Positions 19,794-30,600 of a DNA stretch of 64,000 nt are shown one piece after another. Under the pieces are notes generated by a model. The model saw only the letters and a program-made list of their open reading frames with translations, was not told where the DNA came from and made no database searches. Made by a program: the position numbers and the translations under genes. Origin of the DNA: Candidatus Mediterraneibacter merdigallinarum (GTDB lineage Bacteria > Bacillota > Clostridia > Lachnospirales > Lachnospiraceae). Each line of letters starts with the position of its first letter. The stretch's first letter is position 1. The stretch lies in the NCBI GenBank assembly GCA_019117305.1, contig DWZZ01000027.1, forward strand, positions 6,529 through 70,528. Reading direction: 5' to 3'.

Positions 19794-22172
19794 CTAATCC
19801 TGAAGAATCCCTGTTTCCCGCGCTTTCTGCACGGCCTGTATCCGGGTAGTAACTCCCAGTTTTTTATAAATATTATAAATGTGACTCTTCACAGTAGAAA
19901 GCCGGATGTTCATTGTTTCTCCGATTGCCGCGTTGCTGTATCCTTTTTCAAGATATCGCAGCACCATCAGCTCTGTCACTGTCAGTTTTTCCACCCGGTA
20001 TATATTCTGCTGATCCTCTGTAAGATCCAGATAATGTTTCTTCTGCCGCCCTGCCTTTCTGATAATATAGTCAATCCAGTCTTCCAGGGGCATTTTCAGG
20101 ACGCTTCCGTATTTATATTTTTTCTTTTTCTGATGATACAGAATATCCGAACTCTCTATCCATTTTCTGTGCTCCTCCAAAAGCTCCGCGCCTCTCTTGC
20201 CGTATCCCGTATAGAGTCTTACATAGCGGCACGGATTGGCTGCCGCCAGGGATTCGGCTGTTGTTTTCAGAGCCTGTCCGTTTTCTCCCCGCTCCCGCTC
20301 CGCAATTGCTCTCTGAAAAAGGGTCTCTGCCAGCCACCGCCTGTTCTTGTTTTTTTCAAAATAAGGGATCAGCGTCTGGAGAATACTTTCGGCCTGGCTG
20401 TAATTTCCCAGATACATATTGATCTTCACTTCGGCAGTCAGATAAAACCTTGTCTTTCCCGCGTCGTTTCCAATGTCTCCTCCGGTCTCCCGGATCCACC
20501 TCATCAGATCTTCCTTTTCTCCCCACCTTGCTTCCGCCAGATAGTAAAGCGCCCTGGCGTTCCACCGGCAGATCTGTGATTCTTCATTTGCCAGAGAGGT
20601 CGCCATTTCACGGATATATTTCCGCACATGGTCCTGGGGCGCCTCCCCGTCCGCGAACAGGTAGGCGAGATACATAACGCCCAGCCGGATCTGCCACAGT
20701 GTGTCCTCTGCCGTTTCCGGCATATCTTCCAGCCATTTCCCGCTGCGGACACGGGCCGCGTCTGTCTGATAATCATATTCCATCCTTGCCAGCCGGTACG
20801 GAATATGGTTTTCCTGATCCAGACGTTCCTCCCACAGCCTCTGATATTTTTCCCTTTCCTTTTTTTCACAGGCAAACAATTCCGAGAGATCTCTTATTCC
20901 GCTCAGATAAGATACCGATTCTCCCAGCATATAATACAGCCGCACAGGATGCTCCGGATCGGTCTTTTCCCGTAGCAGTTCCATCCACTCCTTTGCGGTA
21001 ATCTCCGGATCAGTATATGCTATATTCAGGCAGATCTCCGTCATTCTGCGCCCGGCGGCTTCATCCTGCGGCGGATGTTCCATGATATCCGGCAGGCGCT
21101 GTCTCAGCCGTTTCATCTGTACAGTATCCTGCCGCAGAACTGCATCCATCCACCTGATATAAAACAGTTCCGGTATCTCTCTGTCTTCTTCCGGCCTGCC
21201 CGGATCGTCATAATTCAGAAATGATATTTTGTCATAATTTCTTATCAGGCAGTCCCGATATTCCTCTTTATCCTGGCGGTACCAGCAGCACGCCAGCGCG
21301 TCCTGAATACGCCCGTGTTCCTCATACCACGCCACTGCTTTCCCGCACAGTTCCTGAGATGTATATCTGTCAACCGCTATGCGAAGCGCAGGCTGTACAT
21401 GCCAGGACTCCCTGCCGGGGACATAAACCATCGCCCCGCGCGCGAACAGCCGTTCTTCCAGCTCTCTCTCCGGATCTTCCCAGAGTACTTCAGACAGTTC
21501 TCTGTTCAGATATGAAAATGCCGCCCGCTCCTTCAGTACACGCAGTTCCTCAGCCGGCATGCTCTTCAGAATCTTTTCCCGTATATACCTTCGGATCTCA
21601 TATCTGCTGCAAAGCTCCCACGCTGTCCAATGGGTTCCCAGCTGCTTCTCCAGACGCACCAGCATGGCGATACAGCCGGCCCATCCCCCTGTCAGATACT
21701 GTACTTCCCGGTAATGCAGGCTGCTCCGGCATTCTTTCAGATACCGGTAGGTCTCTGCTTCCGTAAACCAGAAGCTCTCAGGCAGGACCGCCGCCATGAT
21801 GCCGTTCCAGACAAATTCCAGGAAACTCTCAGGCATCATTCCATCTGCAGCGAGAAAAATCCGATCCTCTCCGGGCATCCTTTGTATGAATCTCCAGAAG
21901 CCCTGGCCCGAATCGGGATACCGGTTCTCCTGCGGCTTCCGGATCAGATACCAGTTTTTACTGTCCTGTTTTCTTTTTTCCAGAGCGCTCAGATTTTCTA
22001 TCTCTTCTACAGAACAATACACCGGATTTATTTCCGGATGCTTTTCAAGCAGAATCCGTACCGCTGTTTTTTTCCCCGTTCCGGGCAGGCCGATCAGGCA
22101 GACTGCAAGATGCTCTTTCAGCAGCTCTTCTATTCGCGCAGTCTTGTCGATGGTCACATTTCTAAAATTCAT
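19794..22172 (-). CDS. MalT-like large ATP-binding LuxR-family transcriptional regulator
   Basis: N-terminal GLPGTGKKT, F...E..Y, TGGWAG; C-terminal LTVTELMVLRYL..GYSNAAIGETMNIRLSTVKSHIYNIYKKLGV HTH. Confidence 0.9.
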   Translation of the reverse strand: MNFRNVTIDKTARIEELLKEHLAVCLIGLPGTGKKTAVRILLEKHPEINPVYCSVEEIENLSALEKRKQDSKNWYLIRKPQENRYPDSGQGFWRFIQRMPGEDRIFLAADGMMPESFLEFVWNGIMAAVLPESFWFTEAETYRYLKECRSSLHYREVQYLTGGWAGCIAMLVRLEKQLGTHWTAWELCSRYEIRRYIREKILKSMPAEELRVLKERAAFSYLNRELSEVLWEDPERELEERLFARGAMVYVPGRESWHVQPALRIAVDRYTSQELCGKAVAWYEEHGRIQDALACCWYRQDKEEYRDCLIRNYDKISFLNYDDPGRPEEDREIPELFYIRWMDAVLRQDTVQMKRLRQRLPDIMEHPPQDEAAGRRMTEICLNIAYTDPEITAKEWMELLREKTDPEHPVRLYYMLGESVSYLSGIRDLSELFACEKKEREKYQRLWEERLDQENHIPYRLARMEYDYQTDAARVRSGKWLEDMPETAEDTLWQIRLGVMYLAYLFADGEAPQDHVRKYIREMATSLANEESQICRWNARALYYLAEARWGEKEDLMRWIRETGGDIGNDAGKTRFYLTAEVKINMYLGNYSQAESILQTLIPYFEKNKNRRWLAETLFQRAIAERERGENGQALKTTAESLAAANPCRYVRLYTGYGKRGAELLEEHRKWIESSDILYHQKKKKYKYGSVLKMPLEDWIDYIIRKAGRQKKHYLDLTEDQQNIYRVEKLTVTELMVLRYLEKGYSNAAIGETMNIRLSTVKSHIYNIYKKLGVTTRIQAVQKARETGILQD

Positions 22173-22178
22173 ATCCTG

Positions 22179-23555
22179 TTATACTCCGTTCAGAATTCCT
22201 CCGATCAGGTGGACACGGCTCTCTGCCAGTTCTTCCAGACCGTCCATAATATGAGATGTGCCTGCATAATCCTTTTTGATAACGAATAATGCACTGTCTG
22301 CATACTGCGCGAGTACGCCTGCATCTGTCAGCATGCCGGCCGGAGCGCTGTCCAGTATCACAATGTCCACTTTTTTCTCAAGTACCTCAATGATCTTCCA
22401 CATTCTCTCTCTGCCGAGAAGTCTGGAGCCGTCTTCCACCGCCCTGCCGCCGGGAAGAAAATAAAATCTGAATTCATCATCCATCCCCAGGGCTCTTCCC
22501 GTTATCAGTACATCATGAAGCTTTGCCTCACCCGACAGAACTTCATATAATCCCGGTCCTTCCTCCATGCCGAATATCCGGCGGTTTGAAGGGTTGCGCA
22601 GATCACAGTCAATTAACGCGGCGCGCTTTCCGTTCCGGGCAAACGAGAGCGCCAGATTCACTGCCAGCGTACTTTTCCCTTCTCCTGCAAGAGCGCTTGT
22701 TACCAGTATGGTCTTTGAATGATGTCTCCATACGCTGTATTCGACTTTACTTCGAATCATCTGCAGCGCTTCCTCAAATCCGGGATCTGTTTTTTCATTC
22801 AGAATGTTAATAATATGCCCGTTGTCCCGGCTTCTCCTTTTCATGGCAATCTGGGGAATCTCCCCGAGGCATTTCATATTTGCCCGCTTCTGGAAATCTT
22901 CTTTTCTTTTTATAGTATTTCTGCTCAGCATCACTGCGCCCGTCCAGATCAGGCCAAGCGCGCAGCCCGCCGCGGCGCCTTTTACCGCATCCCGGGAACT
23001 GTTTCTCGGATTGTCCGGATATGCCGGGATTCCGGTCTCATCCAGCAGTTCCATATTCGTCCTCCCCAGAATCACTTCTGACACTTCAGGGTAACATTCA
23101 ATTACCGCCTGGAGCGTCCTGTAGGCCAGCTCGGCGTCCGTATCTGTCACGGACAAAGTGAACAGATTAGTGTTTTCTTCAGAAGACGCCGCAATCTGTC
23201 CGCTTACTGCAGGTCTCCCCATCGTCTCGGCAGCGCGCCGCGACAGCACGCCGCTGGTCAGAATATATGGGAACGTATTTACCATCTGCTCAGTCGTTGA
23301 ATTGTCGTAAAAGCTGTAGGACCCTTCTGTCTGTGACATGCCGTCCTGACTTGCGGTAATCGTAAAAGTGGCAGAAGCCGTATAAACCGGCGTATATGCC
23401 ATCCAGCTTCTGGCATAGGAGAATATGCCCCCGGCGGCTGCCAGAATCAGAACCCATATCCACATACGGCGTAGCGTCCTCAGATAATCTGTTAGTATAC
23501 CGACAATATCAATTAATCCCTCTTCCCGGTTCTTTTCCTCGTTTTGTGTATTCAT
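22179..23555 (-). CDS. Wzz-BY-kinase fusion, copy 3 (no Tyr tail)
   Basis: AGEGKST, IDCDLRNPS, ILDSAP; ends GGILNGV with no tyrosine cluster. Confidence 0.88.
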   Translation of the reverse strand: MNTQNEEKNREEGLIDIVGILTDYLRTLRRMWIWVLILAAAGGIFSYARSWMAYTPVYTASATFTITASQDGMSQTEGSYSFYDNSTTEQMVNTFPYILTSGVLSRRAAETMGRPAVSGQIAASSEENTNLFTLSVTDTDAELAYRTLQAVIECYPEVSEVILGRTNMELLDETGIPAYPDNPRNSSRDAVKGAAAGCALGLIWTGAVMLSRNTIKRKEDFQKRANMKCLGEIPQIAMKRRSRDNGHIINILNEKTDPGFEEALQMIRSKVEYSVWRHHSKTILVTSALAGEGKSTLAVNLALSFARNGKRAALIDCDLRNPSNRRIFGMEEGPGLYEVLSGEAKLHDVLITGRALGMDDEFRFYFLPGGRAVEDGSRLLGRERMWKIIEVLEKKVDIVILDSAPAGMLTDAGVLAQYADSALFVIKKDYAGTSHIMDGLEELAESRVHLIGGILNGV

Positions 23556-23573
23556 ATCCGTTTCATAGCCCTC

Positions 23574-25103
23574 TTAATCTTTTTCATGGTCTTCCCTGTG
23601 TTTATGCGGATAGTATTTCCCGTATCTGCCATATTTTCCGTACCGTCCGTACTTCCCGTATCTGCCGTATCCATAGCCGTATCCGTAACCGTAGCCATAA
23701 CCATACGACAGCAGGCCGAGCCTTCCCGGCACGTCATTGAATACACAGCCCAGCAGCTTATGGCTGTGTCCTTCCAGCACATCGACAGAGTCATTGATAT
23801 ATTTGGAAAGGACTCTGTTCTGTCTCGTAACAAGCAGACAGAAATCTGCTCTGCGCACCCACGCCTCTGTATCCGCCCTTCCCTTTACCGGAGGCGCATC
23901 TACAATGATCAGGTCCATCTCTTCTTTCATTTTCTCAATAAAACCGGTAATACGTGACGAGGAAAGAATCTCAGCGGAACGCGGGGTATATTCTCCGTTC
24001 AGCATAATATGAAATCCCAGCTTCTCACTGTAATAAACCGTATTCTCCGGATCACCTTTTGCGGCGGCGCATGCGCCCCAGCTCTTTGCTTCTTTCATAT
24101 TGATGCCCAGATATGCCGCGAGAGAACTTTCTCTTAAATTTCCTTCGATAAGAAGTACTTTCCGGGGGTATTCCGCGAACATAAGCGCAAGGTTTACCGC
24201 AAGGGTTGTTTTCCCCTCCCCCGGCGCCGCGCTGCTGATTACCAGTACCTTTGCCCCTGTTTTTCGCTGCTGATAAATCAGCTTTGTACGGATCTTTTTC
24301 ATCGTCTCTCCAAAGCCGAAGCTGACTGAAGGTTCCGTTATCCACAGTTTTTTTCTGTCCCGTCTTACAGCTGCTTTTATGTTTTTGTACTTCCGTTCGT
24401 GGGGAACTGCCGCAAAAAGTGTAGTATCCAGTTTCGTTTCAACTTCTTTTTCGTTTTTTACTGTATCTTTGAAATAAGAAAGCAGCCCGAAAAGGGCAAT
24501 CATAACCGCTGTTCCGGCCATAAAGCCTTTTTTCATCACATCATTTCCCTGAAAAAAGGCAGACGGATATGACGGATAATTCGGTTCCTCAAAAACCTCC
24601 AGAACAACCTGTCCCAGAACGCTTGCAGTGACAGATGAATACTGCTCCAGCATACCGTTCAGAAGCCGGAAAGCATCGGTCGGAGATCCCGCCGTCACAG
24701 ACACGGTCAGAAGATTTGTTTCCGGTACAATTGATACGGACACCTCGCCCGCAAACGTATCCATGCCAAGCTGATCTGCCACTTTTTTCTTCAGCACCTG
24801 ACTGTCCAGCACCGTCTTAAACGACTCGGCAAGCCGCTGGGTCTGGCTCAGATTGGCATAGGCGCCGGTGCTGCTCTCCCGGGCTGAAACTACAAATGTT
24901 GTCTGGGACATATATTCCGGATTATAGGTAATCCAGGCAGCTGTATACGCGAGAAATGACACAGACAGTCCCACAAGTACCGCCACCCAGATATTTTTCA
25001 GAATATCGTGGAATATTGCAGAAAAATCAGCTGTCACAGTTCTGCCGGCATTCTCTTCTGTCCTGTTATTCTCTTTCACGCTTTCTCCCCGCTGTTCCAT
25101 CAT
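23574..25103 (-). CDS. Wzz-BY-kinase fusion, copy 4 (degenerate DxD motif, long Tyr tail)
   Basis: PGEGKTT; IEGNLR instead of IDxDLR; tail SYGYGYGYGYGYGYGRYGKYGRYGKYGRYGKYY. Confidence 0.88.
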   Translation of the reverse strand: MMEQRGESVKENNRTEENAGRTVTADFSAIFHDILKNIWVAVLVGLSVSFLAYTAAWITYNPEYMSQTTFVVSARESSTGAYANLSQTQRLAESFKTVLDSQVLKKKVADQLGMDTFAGEVSVSIVPETNLLTVSVTAGSPTDAFRLLNGMLEQYSSVTASVLGQVVLEVFEEPNYPSYPSAFFQGNDVMKKGFMAGTAVMIALFGLLSYFKDTVKNEKEVETKLDTTLFAAVPHERKYKNIKAAVRRDRKKLWITEPSVSFGFGETMKKIRTKLIYQQRKTGAKVLVISSAAPGEGKTTLAVNLALMFAEYPRKVLLIEGNLRESSLAAYLGINMKEAKSWGACAAAKGDPENTVYYSEKLGFHIMLNGEYTPRSAEILSSSRITGFIEKMKEEMDLIIVDAPPVKGRADTEAWVRRADFCLLVTRQNRVLSKYINDSVDVLEGHSHKLLGCVFNDVPGRLGLLSYGYGYGYGYGYGYGRYGKYGRYGKYGRYGKYYPHKHREDHEKD

Positions 25104-25123
25104 TCATTACTTTCCTTCCTCAG

Positions 25124-25918
25124 TTATCTTACAATCACAATCAGTCTGCTCTTCCCCATAAGACCGTCTTCCGTTACTGTATAATCCACATAGTATGTCC
25201 CCGCCTGGGACGTATCCACATTTGATTCGATATCAGGTTCCCCTCCTGCTTCAGACTCCTGAAAATAGTCGGAAGCACGGAAAGAGTCATTCACATTCAG
25301 GTAGACAAGATAAGAAGTCAGCGTTACTTCCAGCTGCTCGTCTCTCGGATCATACACTTCCAGTTCTGTCGGAAGATAAGATGTATTTCCCGCGCTGTCT
25401 GTCACCCGGAATTCAATCTGATACGTTCCCGGAGCAGATGCCGATACCGTTCTGTCCAGATTATATTTAATATTATTGGAAAGATTTCCGTCCAGACTGC
25501 TCTCTGCGGATATTCCGGAACAAATATTAAAAGATGTGCCCATAGGGAAACGGAGCGGCGCACTCAGAGAAAATGTCGGCATCTGATAATCCGTATACTC
25601 CAGCTGTCTGCTGTAATATCCCACATTTCCGCTGCTGTCCGCCGCAGCATAATTCACAATGCGTCTTCCTTCTTCATCAAATCCTGAGATTGACTGCACT
25701 ACCAGAGACTCCGTCACATCTCCGCCCCTGTCGTCTTCCGCACGCATCCCTTCCAGCAGCTTTTCTTCGGGATCGGCCACACTCGCCTGAATCAGTCCTT
25801 CTCCGGTAATTACCGGAGGCGTGTGATCCGTCACAGCACCGTCATATACTCTGCACCCCGCATAAACCGCGGCAGAAAAGAGAAACAGGATGATGCTGAA
25901 AATCTTAATCTTTTTCAT
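25124..25918 (-). CDS. Membrane-anchored Ig-like repeat (DUF5011-like) protein, copy 2
   Basis: TM, TPPVI, AEDDRGGDVT, GTY.V.Y motifs; paralog of 9085-9948. Confidence 0.7.
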   Translation of the reverse strand: MKKIKIFSIILFLFSAAVYAGCRVYDGAVTDHTPPVITGEGLIQASVADPEEKLLEGMRAEDDRGGDVTESLVVQSISGFDEEGRRIVNYAAADSSGNVGYYSRQLEYTDYQMPTFSLSAPLRFPMGTSFNICSGISAESSLDGNLSNNIKYNLDRTVSASAPGTYQIEFRVTDSAGNTSYLPTELEVYDPRDEQLEVTLTSYLVYLNVNDSFRASDYFQESEAGGEPDIESNVDTSQAGTYYVDYTVTEDGLMGKSRLIVIVR

Positions 25919-26028
25919 ATGTCTGCCCTTACTTCCATTCTTTATAAAATCATTGCTGTATCTGAAACAGAACTCTATACATGAACGATTCTGCCATACT
26001 GCTCAAAAATGAGTAATGTCCGTAAGTA

Positions 26029-26073
26029 ATTATACCCAGTCGCCTTTTTCACCGCCTCATACCAAAGTCTTAG
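26029..26073 (-). promoter_or_regulatory. Activator-dependent promoter: TATAAT plus CTCATAC-N4-GTCTTAG box
   Basis: -10 at 26029-26034; box at 26056-26073; no consensus -35. Confidence 0.6.
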
Positions 26074-26103
26074 ATTTTTTTCATTTTTTGCTTATAAATA
26101 AAA

Positions 26104-26154
26104 ATATCTCCCTTTCAAATGCTTATTTATATACTGCATTCGAAAGGGAGATAT
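26104..26154 (-). repeat. Palindromic terminator-like element, copy 1
   Basis: atatctccctttcaaatgc-N13-gcattcgaaagggagatat; near-identical to 27575-27625. Confidence 0.75.
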
Positions 26155-26181
26155 GAAACTTCTTCCCTGACGTTTTATATT

Positions 26182-27486
26182 TTATTGAAAATACTCCAGA
26201 GGTATCGCGTCAACTGCCGTCTGCTGCCCCAGTTCCGTAAAGTGAGCCCCGTCTGTTGTATACTCCTTCTTCAGCTCTGCCGCCGTTTCGTCTGTGCACA
26301 TAAAATCCAGGTCAATATATCCGTCTGCCGGATTAGCGTCGCTCCTTATCCATGTATTAATATCCTGGCGCATCTGATCAATCTCCTGAGACCACTGAAC
26401 GTCATCACTTCCCAGAACATTTCTGGTATATCCTTTCCATGCGGTTCTCGTAAAAAGGTACACTTCGATTCCCTTCTCATGCGCCCGGTCAATCAGCTGT
26501 TCATATCCCGCGATCATCTCTTCCGCGGTAACTGCCCGCGCATCATCTTTCAGACTTTCACAGTTCGGATGCACCACATCGTTAACTCCGACTTTAAGAA
26601 AGATCTTCTCCACCCCCGGCTGGTTCAGCGCATCCCGTTCAAACCGGTCCACCATGGCTTCTCCATATGCCATGCCAAGGAATCCGGCCCCGTCATCCAG
26701 CAGACGGTTTCCTTTGATTGCCTGCTGCAGGATGCCCACATCTGTGATTCCCGCGTTCTGCAGTTTTTCCGCCAGAAGAATCGGAATATCGTTCGCCAGT
26801 GTAGAATCCCCGATTACAACTGCAGATGAAGCCCCGGGAGCATATACCTCTACACCTGTCAGAGCCGGAATAACTGAATACTCGCCGAAATCCGCCTCCA
26901 TTTTCATGGGAACACCGATCGTTGTCGCTGATTTCGCGAAATTTCCCGACATAATATAGGTATCCCCGCCGATCAGTCCGTAAGTTTTCATTGTCTCGGT
27001 TTTCTTCATAAACACAGATACCGTCAGATACTCCAGAGCATCTACGGACATGCCTGCAGGGTCTGACGTCACTGTTTCTCCGGCCGGAATGGTTACAGAG
27101 GATTTGCCGTTGAAAGTCACATTTTTTCTTGTCCACGTCTTAATCGCCTGAGGGAGCCGTTCATATCCCTTTGCGATACTTATGGTATCCACAGTCAATG
27201 GTCCTGTTCCGAATTCGTTTGACAAAGTGATCCTTACATCCTCACCGGATATCGTCGGCTGAATCCGGGTGCGGAACGTAAGATTTCTCAGGCCCGCGTC
27301 ACATTTAATCCAGTCCATTTCCAGCATTTTCTTCAGATTGAATTCCACCGGACTGGTGCTCCAGGCTCCGACCCAGCCATCGTCTGAGGCTGCCCTGACC
27401 TGTGATACAGGCGTTATACACATGCCGGTGATCAGAAGACAAAGTCCCAAAACAGCTGCCATGATTTTCTTTTTGATGTTTTTCAT
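26182..27486 (-). CDS. Secreted SGNH/GDSL hydrolase (esterase)
   Basis: Signal peptide; WVGAWSTSP, IGDST, AIKGNRLL, GVND, DGAHF catalytic blocks. Confidence 0.88.
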   Translation of the reverse strand: MKNIKKKIMAAVLGLCLLITGMCITPVSQVRAASDDGWVGAWSTSPVEFNLKKMLEMDWIKCDAGLRNLTFRTRIQPTISGEDVRITLSNEFGTGPLTVDTISIAKGYERLPQAIKTWTRKNVTFNGKSSVTIPAGETVTSDPAGMSVDALEYLTVSVFMKKTETMKTYGLIGGDTYIMSGNFAKSATTIGVPMKMEADFGEYSVIPALTGVEVYAPGASSAVVIGDSTLANDIPILLAEKLQNAGITDVGILQQAIKGNRLLDDGAGFLGMAYGEAMVDRFERDALNQPGVEKIFLKVGVNDVVHPNCESLKDDARAVTAEEMIAGYEQLIDRAHEKGIEVYLFTRTAWKGYTRNVLGSDDVQWSQEIDQMRQDINTWIRSDANPADGYIDLDFMCTDETAAELKKEYTTDGAHFTELGQQTAVDAIPLEYFQ

Positions 27487-27574
27487 AAAAAGCCCCCTTT
27501 TCCATATAATTTTATTTATATTTTATCATTGTCTGCCGATTACAAACAAGTTAAGAATATGCCAATCTAATAAA

Positions 27575-27625
27575 ATATCTCCCTTCCAAATGCATATTTA
27601 TTTTGCGCATTTGAAAGGGAGATAT
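27575..27625 (-). repeat. Palindromic terminator-like element, copy 2
   Basis: atatctcccttccaaatgc-N13-gcatttgaaagggagatat, downstream of the sialidase gene. Confidence 0.75.
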
Positions 27626-27688
27626 AACCCGTCTGAAAAGTACAGTATTCTATACTATACTCATCCGGCATTTTTATCAGCTGCTAAT

Positions 27689-30600
27689 TTACCAGCTGAA
27701 TAATGATTTGAAGAAATCAGTAACCGTATTTACCACTGACTTAATCGCATTGCCCAGTTTTGTAAAGAAGCCTTCATCATTGCTTCCTTCCGGTTCCTCA
27801 GCCTCTGCTTCAGAAGCGCTAAATTCTACGCTTTCCGACTCACCGTATGCCACTTCCACATCACTGTACTCTGCATCGGTCAGTTCATAGCCTTCCGGCA
27901 GGATTCCCTCTGCCACTGTCTGTATATCTGCTGCGGCAAATGTGTGAGTCTCGCCCACTGTACCGTTTGCCGTAAGGACTGTCTCTGCCACAGCATTGCC
28001 GTTGGCATCGACTACGTTTACTGTCAGCGCGGCGTCCGCCGTCTCAACAGTCTCTGTCTCGTCGGCAATACACTGAAGCGCAAACGCCATCGTATCAGCG
28101 TCGATTGTAAACAGTGACGCACCGCCTGCTTCATATACAGGATTTGTCACCTTGATCTTTGTAAGGGCAAGTACGTTCTCGCCTCTATTTTCGATAACAA
28201 TCATGCCATCATTCGGCTCTACTTCATAGTACATATCTACTGTAGAGGACAACGTACTTTCTGGCTGATCATTAATCTGATAGCTCACCGTACCGCTGTT
28301 CAGGCTTCTCATTCCGACTGCCACTTTATCATATGCTGACGCCGTCAGTCTCATGGCAATCGTCTGTCCCGATTTGAGATAAATCTCGTTCTTCGGACCG
28401 TTATTGATCATATCCGCGTCTGCCGTAACCTCGTTTCCAGCCCCGAGAATCACCGCTCCCGAGCCGTTATTCGAAGCATCATAGACCGCGCTGATAATAT
28501 TTTCACCGTACTTGTACCAGTCGTCAATATCTGCCAGATCGTAGGTGCTTCCTGCAATCGTAATATCACGGACTTCCGCTGTAAGAGCCTGGTCTTCCTG
28601 ATCAGCAGCATAAACGCTCTCATATGCATCGCCCTGCGTATGATATACGCGGAAGCCGTCCAGTGAGATCTCACCGCTGTTCACAATAATCTTCACTGTG
28701 TACGTTCCGGCTGTAAGATCCTTATAGCTGAATACCGGCGTGTTGTAGTAATTTCCATTATTTTCTTCCAGCCAGTTATTTGCGGTGTCTACATATCCCA
28801 GTTTGAGAAGAGTTCCGTCGGTTCCCTCGCCCTCGTACAGCCACAGGCTCATGCTGCCGGATGACTGTGTCGTCAGTGCGTAGATATCCAGACCTGTACC
28901 GTTGAATGTAAATGTTGCTGTGCCATTCTTTGTACTGCTTACCGCAGCAGTATTGTTGCTGTTTCCATTTGCAGAAGCATACAGATCGTCATAACCATAC
29001 AGATCAACTGTCTCATCATCTGCGACGCTTACTGTCTGGTTTTCGGTTACGGCTGAACCAGGTGACCAGCTGCCGTCATAGGAGGCAAATCCTTCCTCAT
29101 AGTATACGCTTGATGCCGGGTAGACTGTGAATGTATAAACAGCGCCCCGCTCATTTGTGATTCGGACGGTATCCGCTTCTGTAAGTACAGCGTTCGGTGT
29201 ATATGTTACTTCCATTCCGTTTGTCTGAACGGTTCCGAAGTTTGCGCTGCCGCTCACAAAATTATAACTTGTTTTTCCTGTAAAGTCGACTGTGATCGGT
29301 GAACCGAAGTCGATGATATAGTCGTCCGGATCGAAGGTAAGGACGGATACCTCGGCAACCGCCTCAGCCTCTGCCGTCAGTTCACCGGTACTGTAAGCCG
29401 CCCGATATCCATAAGAAAGACTTACTGTATTCGTGATCATACTATCCAGATCAGAATCCCGGACGGTATACTCGGCTTCATACAGAAAATCTCTCGCAGG
29501 TGCCGGATCCCCGCTCGTTCCCAGATCACTGGTAATGTTCTTCGATGTCGTTCCATCTGAAAATTCCGCTCCGCTCAGCAACTCTCGCAACTGAGCATTA
29601 CTATACACTATGCCGTATTCCGTCTCATAGCGGTGTACGGTAATGTCATAAACAAGTGTATCGCCTGGGTAAATCTGCATACCTTCTGTATAATCTACAG
29701 TCTCTCCACTATGGATAACTGACTTAATAGATTTTTCCAGGCTGGGCAGTCTCTCTGAAATAACATTGATAATTGCCTGACAGCTATTTGTTGCATCAGT
29801 ACCTCTGGTAAACCAGAAACCGCCATCAGCGCCTAACTCTTTAGCGCCCTGCAGCATAGCAATGATTTCGTTATCTGTATAAAGATGAGTATCCTCGTTA
29901 TTCAACGATCCTTTATTTTGGAAGAACGTCGTCTGACGCATATTGCTGTAATCCTGAATTGCATACCAATTCGTCTGATCCAAATTATTAGCCGCACTCA
30001 TATAGGTTAATGCATAATTTTCGTCCACCGGTGCGCCAAAAAATGTCATAGCCCAAGCCGCTTCTGTACTGATGTAAATAGCGGTATCTGCAAAAACCTC
30101 TTTATATTCGCCTTCATCATTCTGTACATAGTACAATCTGGAGTCTTGGATCTCATTAACATAAATTTCTACAATTCGTTCCCCATTATCCGAAGGTCTA
30201 GAATTTTCATATATAGGTTCGATATCCAGAACCGTAACTGTCGCAGAATGACGTCCTACAATATTTCCTTCTTCATCTGTAATCTCTGCGATAACCACAG
30301 TTTCTCCCGGGGTTACTCCGGTTACTGTACCATTCTGACCTACTGTGGCAATACTAGCATTCTCACTTTTCCATGTCACATTATAACCATCTGCACCATT
30401 GAGATTCAGATCATAAGATATACCTGGTGTTAAAATCAGATGGGAAACCGTTTTTCCCCTGCTGTATGTTGTATCTCCAGTATTGGATACAAAACTCAGA
30501 TCTCCAATATTACTGAAATCTCCATCCGGAATTTCTGTAACTGTAATATTATACGTTCCTGCTCCTACAACAACAGTAGTTGTTCCTGCCGCCACACCTG

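Noticed and set aside
23620-23710. Phase-variable simple sequence repeat (also 6220-6275)
   Set aside because: Encodes the YG/YGR tyrosine clusters of BY-kinases with synonymous variation; coding, not a slippage tract
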